From positions 62,001 through 126,000 of the forward strand of contig JAAOMT010000034.1 of NCBI GenBank assembly GCA_016748015.1: DNA of 64,000 nt. Reading direction: 5' to 3'. The translations under genes were made by a program, and so were the position numbers. Below the pieces are notes generated by a model. The model saw only the letters and a program-made list of their open reading frames with translations, was not told where the DNA came from and ran no database searches. Origin of the DNA: Geosiphon pyriformis uo1. Lineage: Eukaryota; Fungi; Glomeromycota. Every line of letters begins with the position of its first letter. Position 1 is the stretch's first letter. This document shows positions 1-11,322 of this stretch, piece after piece.

Positions 1-373
1 TTTTATTTGAATTAATAAAAAATATAGAAAAAAATATAATAAAAAAGTTATTAAACTAAAAATAAAATATTAAAAAAAACTTAATTCTTGTTTTATTTAT
101 TCTTTTTTAATTGCTAAAATTACTCATTTTTATACATATTTTTTAGTTTTACAAAATTGGTTACAATTGTTTATTATTACTAATTATTAATTATTATTTT
201 AGTTATTGTTTTATTTTTTATGTTATAATTAACTATTATTAGTTATTCTATGTTATTTTATATTATTGTGTATTATTTTATATTATTTTGTATTACTCTA
301 TGTTATTTTTTGTTTTTATATAATAATTACGTTTTTTAATTATTTTTGAATTAGTTTTTCTATATAGATAATA
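1..373 (-). repeat. 3' LTR of element B (partial)
   Basis: Homologous to 18750-19120. Ends 'taata' (eroded TAACA) and is followed by the reverse complement of the PPT and 'aagcttaatttt'. Confidence 0.8.
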
Positions 374-2243
374 TTATTTTTCTCTTTTAAAATTAAGCTT
401 TTGTAATAATTTTTAATAAACTATCTAATAATATAACTAAACAGTATTTAAATACTAAATATAACCAATAAGTTACTTTGTAATATAATATTAAATTATT
501 ATTTTTCACAAATTTATTTATTTGTTAAAGAGTTTTTCTGTTAAATATTTGTTTATTATTATCTATATATAATATTTATAAGTTCAATTTTTTACCAAAT
601 TTAAAAAACCAGTATGTTAATAAAAGTTTTTTTTTATGTTGTAAAAATTTTTGGTATTTATTCTCTAATGTTTGATTCTATAGTTAAGTTGTTTAAAACT
701 TTTTTGACTTTTTTTTAATGTTTGAGTATTGAAATTTTTCTTGTTTAAAACCAAATAAAGTTAAAAATATTCAGTTTTAGTTAAATTGTTTTAAATAATT
801 GTTGTAAAAACTTTAGAATTTTGTTTAAAAGATTTATAACAAAATTGTTTTAAGCTTTTTTTACTAGTTTTTTAAGAATATATATTTAATTTCTGTAATT
901 CAAATTTTCTATAAACAGACTGTGTTTAACAATAATAATTAGTTCCAAATTTTATGGAATATTTTTGAATTTGACCAATAAAATTTGTGTTTTTAGTTAA
1001 AATATAATTAATAACAATTTTTATGTTGTGTAATAAAGTTTTAAATAATTTCTATATATATATATAACTTTCTTCAAAATTTTGTCTTTTAATTGTAGTT
1101 TATAAGTTTTATTGTCAAAAACTTTATGTATGTAGAATAATCTGTTTTATTTTAGATCAAATTTTCTATTTTATTATTTTTCTGCTTTAATACAATATAA
1201 CAATATTTTGTTTTCAATCTTAAATTTAACTAGTTGATTAAGTAGACAATTATTATGTTTTTTTTGTTATTTTTAAGAATTACTAATATTGTTAGCTATT
1301 GTTTTATAATTGTTTTCCAGTGTTTTTATGAGTTAATATGTTTTTTAGTATAATATGACTTTAAAGTTTTTTTTAATAATTGTTTTTATTAAAAAAAAAG
1401 ATATTTTTAATTTAATAGACAATATGGCTTTTTTTGTATACTAATTTAAATAATATAAATTATGTAGTATTTTGCTTCAATATTCAATATGTAAATAATA
1501 CTAAAAATATAAATAAGTCTTATTTTTGTGCATTTTTATAACTTATTTTTGTTAATACTTTACACAATATTTGATTAAATTGTTTTATCAATTTATTTGT
1601 TTGAAGATAATATAATAACAATAAAAGTCATTTTATTTCAAATTATTGGCTTAATTTTGTAAGAATACTGTTAACAAAATGTATTTTTTAATCAAACAAT
1701 AACTCTTTTGAACATCTATATTAGCATATTAAATCTTAATATACAAACTTAGTTATTGTTTTAACATTTGCTATATAAATAGTTCAGACTTTTGGTTATT
1801 TAATAAAATAGTTTATGATTATAACAATATATTAATTTTTTTTAAAAGTAATTGAAAAAAGTTCAACCAAATTAATTTTAATTATATTAAATAAATTTTT
1901 AATTAAAATAAATTAAAATAGTTTAATTGTTCTGGCTTCATTTTTTCTTTGGCAAAAGTTATAATTATAAATATATTCGAAAATATTTTTGTATATTGTT
2001 GACTAATAATATAAATTAATTGTTTTTTTTAAAGTAGTATTTTTATTAAAGTGTTTAATAGTTGGTTTAAAATACATGTTAAACAAGATAGTTTTTTTTA
2101 GTATTTTTTATAACTTATTATAATATAGTATGGTTTTAGTATTTTTATTAATATAAATTTTTATTGTAAATAAAATAGTTTTAGACTTGTTTTTAAATAA
2201 TACTTTGTTTCTGTTAAGATAATTTTTTTTCAAATTAAAGTGT

Positions 2244-3262
2244 TGTTACTTGAGTAAAAAAACCAATCCAAAGTTATGAAGAAACATGACCAAAATGTGA
2301 TATAACACAGAATAGCATGCAATAATGTTGGATAACGTGTTATAACATAGAATAACATATTATAATGCAGGATAACACAGAATAACATGTAATAACATCA
2401 GATAACATGTTATAACATAGGATAACTAGCAATAATGTAAAAAAACAAAGCAATAACAGAAATAACAAAGCAATAGCTAGCAATAGTGAGACAATTGAAA
2501 GCAATCCTGTAAAACCAAAAGAATGTATAAAAACAAGTAGTTGTAGAAGTGAGAAAAGACAGACAGATAGATACAAACCTCTAAACAAGAATTAAATATC
2601 CATACTCCTTCATTATTTATTATCTTCCCTATTTTATCTTCTGAAATAAACCAATTATTAAAGAAATCAGAATCACAAATTCATGTTCTCAAACTTTGTG
2701 GAATTTACATGAATTAATCTTTGTCTCGTACCTTCATTCTAGGACAGATGCTCTTAGCATAACTGTCTCAAACTATTAACAATTTGGACCAATTGCTCTT
2801 GATCACAGTAATTGACAATACTAATTTATCTTTTCTTTTCTTTTCTTTTTCTTTCTTTTTCTTTCTTATTTTTTTTTGTGGAGCAGCAACATAGTAAAAT
2901 TGACTGTCTGGGAATAAACTTCATGATAGCCTGGTAAAAGAAGGAAGCTCCCCCTAAGTTTTGGATATTAACATTATTTTGTTAGCTTACTAGAAGGGTA
3001 AAAAAACAATGCCAGACTCTAACAACTGCACTCATTAGCTCAGAGAAGAAAGCTCACATTTACAGAAAATATTGCAATCGACAAAAAACAAACTCTGTGC
3101 CTTATAACCAAAGAATTTAACAGGTAAATTCACATTCAGGAATAGACCTTCAGAGACTGATAATCAAGACTAAGCCAATAAAATTACATGGAAGATGCAT
3201 CTCCAATAATTGAGAGCACTAAACATTACCAGTTCCATTACTCACCAAGTTTATCCATAACA
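2244..3262 (+). repeat. 5' LTR of A
   Basis: TGTTAC...CATAACA; direct repeat of 11323-12375. Confidence 0.96.
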
Positions 3263-3264
3263 TT

Positions 3265-3280
3265 TGGTGCTCCCTGTGAA
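3265..3280 (+). promoter_or_regulatory. Primer-binding site TGGTGCTCCCTGTGA (also C ~24432, F ~50067, eroded in E ~47085)
   Basis: TGG start 2 nt after the LTR end. Resembles the complement of elongator tRNA-Met or tRNA-Ile(UAU) 3' ends; the exact tRNA cannot be determined here. Confidence 0.85.
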
Positions 3281-3289
3281 GTTATAAAT

Positions 3290-6200
3290 TTACAGAGACA
3301 GAACATCTCCAAAAATACACAAAAGTGGTGACTATTGGAACAATAAAAAAAGACCACTCCTTATACAGAAAAGCACTATTTTAATACTTTCAAAAAGATC
3401 TAGAAATATCAGCAGAAACCACTTATGCAAAAAGTGATTTTTGTAACTATATTAACACAAAAATCGACTGCTTGTTAGGCTGTACAACTGATATAGGAAG
3501 ACTTGGAGAACAAATCCATCAAAGCTTATTAGGGTACTTAACAGCCATGACTATTCAAGCAATTGCTGAAACTCTGCACATAATCGATACAGACATTAAA
3601 TATTACATAGCACAACAATTTTCTTAAGTACAACAACCAGTGGAATCTGACCCTGAGGAATATGAAGATGAAACCAACAACTCCGTAACTGCCCAAGCCA
3701 AGTCCATGGTCAACAAAAAACCAAGGTTCTTCTCCCCAACAACTCCATCATACCATCAGACACTCCAAAGTAAAATTGTATTCAACCCACCCCCGGAAAC
3801 CCAGTCAAAAACATCACAAACTCCTAAAAATCCACACCCTTGGAATCAACACAGTTGGACCAAATTACTAGGAGAATATGGATCACTGTTTGGAAATCTT
3901 ATTCCAGCAGCCAGTCAAACAGAAGGAAACCCATCAACTTGGAAACAGCCACCAGCACAAAACTTAGCAGAATTAGCATCTTCCCTGATGGAAAAAACAG
4001 CTATCTTACAACCTATTAGTTCAAGCAACAAAGGAAAGCAACCAGCATTAGCACCTAAAGAACACTTGAATATGTGAACACCAATCCCTTTAAACATAAT
4101 CAGTAACACCCCACCCATTAATTGGATCATGGCTTACTGGGATATTGCTAAATTGGAAAAATTCTCTGGTGAAGAAGATAACGCATATTCTTGAATTGTG
4201 GATGCCGAAAAAGCAATTACTGCTAATGGTTGGAACAATGACTGCACAATTCAGGCACTGCCATTCTTTCTGACTAGAACTGCCAATTCGTGGTACTAGA
4301 GCCTTACAGAGAAGCCTACCTCCTTTACAGAGTTTAAACTTGCATTTCTGCAATACTTCTGTGATCCCAATATGTTAATTTGATTGCAGAATCAATTTAG
4401 CATAATTAAACAAAAAGATCACAAAGCAGTAACTACTTATCTCAGACAATTCAATCAAATCCTTTGTTAAGTATTAGCTATTAAAAGGGACTACTACACC
4501 ATGGCACAAGTTCTTAATCAATTCATTAAAAAATTGCAGAGTAATATTCTAAGATCCATAAGACCCCACCATCCGACCAGTTTACAAGACGCCATCACTC
4601 TTGCCCACAATTTTGAGTCTGCAGAACAAGAAGCAAACCATACCCAAGCCATTAATTTAGCCATTAATAGAACCTTTGACATTAATGCAAAGATAACCCA
4701 ATTGAGTAAGAAACTAACTCAAAAAATTAAGGGATTTTTAGCCAGAACTACAGGAACTTACCAACTATTCCAACAGAGAGAAAATAACAACAACAGCAGA
4801 TATCCATAACAACAGAACTGTCAGCAATAGCAACAACCTTGGAGATCTGATCCCCATAACTGTTACTACTGCCAGAAATCTGAACACATTGCCCATGACT
4901 GCAGAAAGAAGATCATAGACCAAAATCAAGGAAACTCATACCAGCAACTCAGATATTAGCAAAACATGGTACCCTAATATTCCATACTTCAGAATCAACC
5001 ACCCCAATATGCATAACAAGTCCTGTACACTCAACCACCACTCCAGAATTATTATTAACTACTACCAATAATACAAGCAATCCCTCACTATCAAACTTTC
5101 CCTTACAGCCCATCCAAACTTCGAGCTATAGACTATAATCAAGAATGGAGAAATTCCAACAACAATTAGGTGCAAACTAACAGTGGACCATCTCAACCAA
5201 TCCCTCACAGTCCTGCCCAATCTTGACCAACACCAACTGGATACTCGAATCAAGCTTCTTATCTCAGTCTTATGGAAGACCAGAGTTTTGATAAATCTAC
5301 ACCTCTGGAAGGGGGGATGTAGAACGAATCTCCCAATCTTCTAAATAAACAAAAAGCAATATCCTACCAGCCACTATTATTGAAGACACCACCCTAGCCG
5401 CCATATTTTCTTTTGACATCAATAATTTGAACACCCATAGCCTTTTTAGTGGAGCAGCCATCAATCAGAATAAACCAATAACAGCTCTATATACCGATGT
5501 CAGAGTCAGAAAAATAGACATTAAATTAATCCTGGATAGCAAATTAGCCAATAGCATAATCACGAAGCAGCTCATGGACCAACTAGGTTACCAAGTAGAC
5601 TATGCTGCTACCACTTGGATCATTACAGCAGATAGAAACACAAAAACCCCAATAGGAAAAATTGATAACTTTCTCTTTGAGATTAATAGAATCCAAATTT
5701 CTATCAAAGTACTTGTTATGAAAGCTACTCAATATTAAGCTCTAGTAGGAAACAATTGGTTGTCAAAAGTTAATGCTACTCTTGACTGGAACACCCAAGA
5801 ACTTCAACTCACATTCAATGGACAGCATGTTCAAGTCCCAGTTACATGTGGACACTTTAAAATCCAACGTACTGAGGAACCTCTTATTGAATTGGAAGAC
5901 ACATCACTGCCACCAACTATTGAGACCTATCAGGTTTTATAGACAGATGATTATCAAACTGAACTACCCCCACCACCAATTTGGGAAGAAAAAGAAAAAG
6001 GCAGAGCCGAAGAAGAACCCCAATTGTCATCACTAGGATACATAACCTTAGACCAAAGAAACTTATTTTACCAATCTCCAAGACTAATATGTGTTGATTG
6101 TGAGAAAAAACTATTCACTATAGGTGCATGTATCAGGGACAACAAAGAATGGCCCACCACCACCAAATATTATTGCAGACCTTGTTTACTGGAAAAATTT

Positions 6201-9115
6201 AGATGACCAAAATGACAAGGCAAGTAGAACAACATGCCATGTCTTGCATGTGGTGAAATTCTACCAAATGAAGGACTCTGGAATGATGTGCCTGACAGAA
6301 GAAGAACATGCAATGAGACTTGTCAATACACTATATTAATTAACAATTGGATACAAAAAGAAACCCCTATCGAGGACGCTTGGAAATGAGCGCTCAACAG
6401 GCTGGATGGTTATCCACACAATGACCATGAAATCTGGAGAATAGTAAACACCAAGGCTGAAGGCGCCACGTCTGAAGAAATACGAGAAATCAAGAACAAC
6501 CCTTGGACACCCGAATATAATGGACCTGACTACTCTGAGAATGATTTCTTTACAAATGATCCAGACACATTTCAGAACTGATATCAGGAATTGGCCCCAA
6601 CTCACAAAAAACAAGAGCAAAGATTGTCCGATTTGAATACCAAACTGTATGATCACTGTTTAATCTTTTGTCACTTCCAGTACTGCAATAAATATGATTT
6701 TATGTTCAATCTGCCTCCAAGAATACTGTTTCCAATCACCAAACTACCTGAGCCCAAAGAAGAAAAGATATTGATTACCGAGAACATGTTATTTCAAGAT
6801 CCAATTGAGAATACTGAAACAGAACAGTATCTCACATATCCTGACCTATTCAAAAAACTAGAACTAAAATGGTACAGTGACAATAAGAAAGGAATCTGCC
6901 CCAAAAGAGCACATGACACCGATGCCAGTTTTAATCTATAATACCCCAGACAATCATCCATCATTATAGCCCTATATTCCCTTATAAAAATAGATCTTAA
7001 GATAGCATTAGAAATTCCTGTTAGTACAATGGTACAAGTTGTCTTTCGATCTAGTCTAGCCAAGAAAGAAATTGACGTAAAAGGAAGAATTATTGATGTT
7101 GGTTACACAGGGAACATCATCGTGATGCTATAGAACAATTCGGACAAACCCTACAAAATAGAATCACAAGAAAAGATTGTCTAAGCTATCTTTCTACCTC
7201 TAGTCAAAATACTTTAATTAATCCCAGTAACAATCTGAGAAGAGTTAGGCTTCACTGCTCAAGGAATCAACAGGTTTGGATCAAGTGGAAGAGGAAACGT
7301 ACCAGTTAATTTCATGGAAGAAGACAGTAACCAGGTAGAATTTATCTACACTAATACCATTATTTCTATTCTCCCATACTGACAATACATCCTCAAAGTG
7401 AATCAAAAGATCCAAGATCAAGTTCTGTTATTTGAAGCCAGTCTTGAAATCTGTTCCCTAGCCAATGTTGTTAATCTATATCTACCAGCCAAAGCCCATA
7501 AACACTTCAAAATTCCCATTTACAACTTGACAGAAGATGTTATTGAAATCTCCGAAGAGACCCTTGTCAGTTCTATATCCACAGATATTCAGAATTCTGA
7601 AAAACCCCAGTCTATTCCAGATTTCACACAATTATTCTTATTCTGTGACATTACCTCACAAGTATAGAATTTGCCAAAAAAAAGTTACTTGTTCACACCA
7701 AAAGAGATCAATAAATTGAATTTAGGAAATTTAAGTACTCTGCAACAAATGCAACTCAAAGTTCTTCTGAATCAGTATGCCGATGTCTTTGCCAGCAAAA
7801 ATGAGTTTGGACGCACCAACATCATAAAGCATCAGATTGATATGGGAGATGCTTGACTGATTAAGCAATGAGCTTACCATGTACTCTCATCTGGCGATAA
7901 CCTAATTAAGCAAGAAGTGCAACAAATGCTTGATAATGGCCTAATCAAAAAATCATTAAGCCCTTGGTCTTCTTCAGTAGTCTTGGTTACCAAGAAAAAT
8001 GGAAAAATGCAATTCTGCGTAGATTATCGAAAACTAAATAGTGTTATGTGAGAAGATAGTTATCCCACTCTCCTCATCCAGGAAATTCTGGACAATCTAA
8101 GAAAAAAAAAATGGTTTTTGTCATTAGATTTAGCAAGTAGTTACTGGCAAGTTGAAATGGACCCCAAAGATAAAAAAAAAACAGCATTTATCACTTGAGA
8201 CAGAAACTTCAAGTTTAATATAATGCCTTTTGGACTTTGTAATGCTCCTGCCATGTTTCAATGCCTGATAGATGTAGTATACAAAGGAATTCTTTGGAAA
8301 TCAATAGTAGTCTACCTAGATGACACAAACGTGTTCTCTGAAACATTCAATGACCATTTGCTTCACCTGCAACAAGTTTTCAAATGCCTTCATAGTGCTA
8401 AATTGAAACTCAATCCCAAGAAGTGCTTCTTTGGAAAAACTGAGTTAAATTCCTTGGACATGTAATTGGCAAGGATGGAGTTAAATCTGATCCAGATAAA
8501 GTACAAAAAGTTAAGAATTTTCTAGCCCCAATCAACCTTAGAAAATTACAAAAATTTCTAAGATTGGCAGAATATTATTGTCAATTTGTCAAAGGTTTCT
8601 CGAACATTACAAAACCACTCCATTAATTGTTGTCCAAATACATACCATACTTGTGGAAAGAAGATCAACAGAAAGCATTTGACTATTTCAAGCAGTGATT
8701 AATCACATCCCCAATTCTAATTTACTCAGATTTTACTAAACAGTTCATTGTCATTACAAATGCCTCAAAAAATGCTTTAGGAGCAGTCTTATCACAGATA
8801 GGACTGAACAATAGAGAACACCCAGTTGTCTACACTAGTTACAACACTAGTCCAGCAGAAAAAAATTACAGCACAACAGATCTGGAATGTCTCACCATTT
8901 ATTGGGCCATACAGACTTGGAAACATTACCTTAGTCAACCATTTAACCTATATACCAATTACAAAGGACTTATTTGGTTACTCAACAATCCATAACTAGA
9001 AAGAAAATATGTGAGATGGAGTACTTATCTGCAACAATTCCCACTCAAAGTTCATTACAAGGAAGGATCCAAGAACACCAATGCCGACAGTTTGTCAAGG
9101 ATGCCACAAACCTAA
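3290..9115 (+). pseudogene. A ORF1: Gag (CCHC knuckle CYYCQKSEHIAHDC ~4861-4902) - aspartic protease (KLILDS ~5522-5540) - Cys-rich domain (~6080-6710) - dUTPase (~6866-7290) - RT (MPFGLCNAP, YLDD ~8313) - RNase H (ends NADSLSRMPQT*)
   Basis: ORF fragments 3640-8465 plus manual translation. Many transition-derived stops and a few frameshifts. Confidence 0.93.
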
Positions 9116-9125
9116 TCCCAGATCC

Positions 9126-10492
9126 ATAGACACACTCACTTATCAATGACTACATCAGTACCTATTAACACTATGTTTCAAGGAGATATTATCTCAACAA
9201 GAACAAAGTACTATATGAAACAAGCCCAAAATTATTTTATTTAAGACAACCAACTATATCAACAAGAACACTGAAACCATTCTATCTCACAACAATTAAT
9301 CAAGGACAGTGAAAAAGAAACTATACTATATAATATGCACTTAGATCCGATGTCAGGACACTTTAACAAAGATGCTACCCTCGAAAGAACACTAAACTTA
9401 TACTATTGGCCAATGATGTATAAAGACATTTTCGAATACATGCTCAATTGTGACACATGCCAGTGAAAAGGAGAAGCAAGATCAACAGAACCATTTCGAC
9501 TCATTTCAGTTGGAAATCTATTTAATAGAATTGGGATTGATTTGGTTGGTCTTCTCTCAATTACATTCAAAGAAAATTAGTATATTGCTGTAGCCATTGA
9601 TTATCTTACAAAATGGCCAGAAGCCAGAGCAATTCAAGTGGCTGATGTCAAAACAATAGCCGAGTTCATACATCAAGACTTAATTTGCCAACATGGGTGT
9701 CCGAAAGAATTGTTATCTGATCAAGGAATGCATTTCATCAATAATATGTTAACAGAATTAAGCCAACAATTTGGTATAAAACATCTTTTATTGTCATCAT
9801 ACTACCCACAAACTAACAGACTAGTAGAATGGTTTAACCAAACACTGTGTAAAGCACTAGCAAAAATAAGTCAAAAAAATGAACAAGAATGAGACCTATT
9901 CATATCTTCAGTACTCTTTACATACCAAACACTAAAGCAAAATATGACACACTTTACACCATTCAAACTAGTCTATGGAAAGAAAGCTATGTTATCTATC
10001 GAACAAAAAATATTGTCCTATTCAACAGAAACAATCACTAAAGAGAATTTTAAAGCTACCTTGTACCACAAAATGTACCAGCTAATGGAAACATTAGAAA
10101 ACAATTGAAGAACAGCAGCTGATAACATTAGTAATGCTCAAAAACGACAAAAAAAAAGACATGATAAATGTCTACTAGAACAACCAATGGAATTCAAGAT
10201 TGGAGACCAAGTACTGTTACATCATACAAAAGCTGAGAAACAGTGGAGTGGAAAGTTTGACCCAAAGTGGGATGGTCCATTCTACATACACAAAGCATTA
10301 AGAAATAGAGCTTACAAATTACGATTGGAAGACAGGATTTTAAAGAAAATAGTGCATAGAAATTGGTTAAAAATTTATTATGCAAAACAGGAATCATCGT
10401 CATCAGTACCTCAACTAGGAACACAAATTTCATTAATCAAACCAGAAGATATACCACAAGATCTGAAACCAATTATCATCATTGAAATGTAG
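9126..10492 (+). pseudogene. A ORF2: integrase (HHCC zinc finger, IGIDLVG/LLSDQG core, GPF/SH3-like tail)
   Basis: ORFs 9638-9892 and 10187-10492 (KWDGPFYI). Begins at an ATA, probably eroded ATG, 10 nt after the RNase H stop. Confidence 0.92.
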
Positions 10493-10572
10493 ACAACAGG
10501 CAGCAAATTAAATTGGAAAATTCAAATATATATAGCATCCAAAAAGCAGCAAAAAATGATAAAAATTTCAAC

Positions 10573-11307
10573 ATGGACCTTTCAGATCAAATTTTAAAAT
10601 TATCTAAACAATTATTTGAAACAATTCAAAAATTGACATCTCAAATAGAAATAACAATTGATAAAAAAAAGATATGGTACAAAGATAAGAGCAGGAGAGG
10701 GAAGGACGAGAGTTCAATTAAAACTAAACATTCCTTCTCCTACCCACCACCCAAAAGGCAATGTTGGAGAAAAAATTGCCTTCAGATGAGAGATGGAAAA
10801 GAAGGAGGCAAAGAATGAGAAAAAGATTATAAAAGAAGATACTTGGTCCCTGAGCTCAAAGAAATAAAACAAATTTTAGCTCATGGGACTGAACTCTCCA
10901 AAACAAGGGAGTGGACACTTGACAACACTCAGAAATGGAAAAAAAGACTTCCTCCAGCTTATTGGTTCTACAAAATTGGAGAACAGCTTGACTTAAAAAC
11001 ACCATATGAAGACCTCAACCAGAAAATGTTCAACAAAGAAGCAATATAACAAGTAGAAAAATTTGTAGGAAAAAACAACCTAACCCTACATTACAAAGCA
11101 ATATACCAACTATATGCTGCCTTCTAACATTGCCCAAACATACTACTAAACAGATCTATGAAAACCATAACAGTTAACAACATAGGACGAATAACCAATC
11201 AACAGTTCAAAGACCTACAAAAGGCAATACTTGAGACAACAATTGAACATTACACAAACAAAGCCACGATAGCAGATACATATGGTTTTGCAGAAGCTCA
11301 ATTTTAA
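10573..11307 (+). pseudogene. A ORF3: unknown ~244 aa protein (MDLSDQILKLSKQLF...FAEAQF*)
   Basis: One reading frame from ATG 10573 to TAA 11307 with a few internal transition stops. Homologous frames in C, F and G. Confidence 0.8.
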
Positions 11308-11319
11308 AAAAAAGAGGGA
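11306..11319 (+). promoter_or_regulatory. Polypurine tract of A
   Basis: aaaaaaaagaggga followed by 'taa' and the LTR start TG. Confidence 0.9.
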
Positions 11320-11322
11320 TAA

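Noticed and set aside
2340-2588. Hydrophobic minus-strand ORFs in the A LTRs (also 11207-11497 and 11419-11697)
   Set aside because: They are antisense translations of the 10-bp U3 repeat. Frames differ between the two LTRs and there is no evidence of coding.
10573-11307. env gene in the ORF3 position
   Set aside because: The frame is too short and hydrophilic, with no signal peptide, fusion peptide or TM anchor visible.
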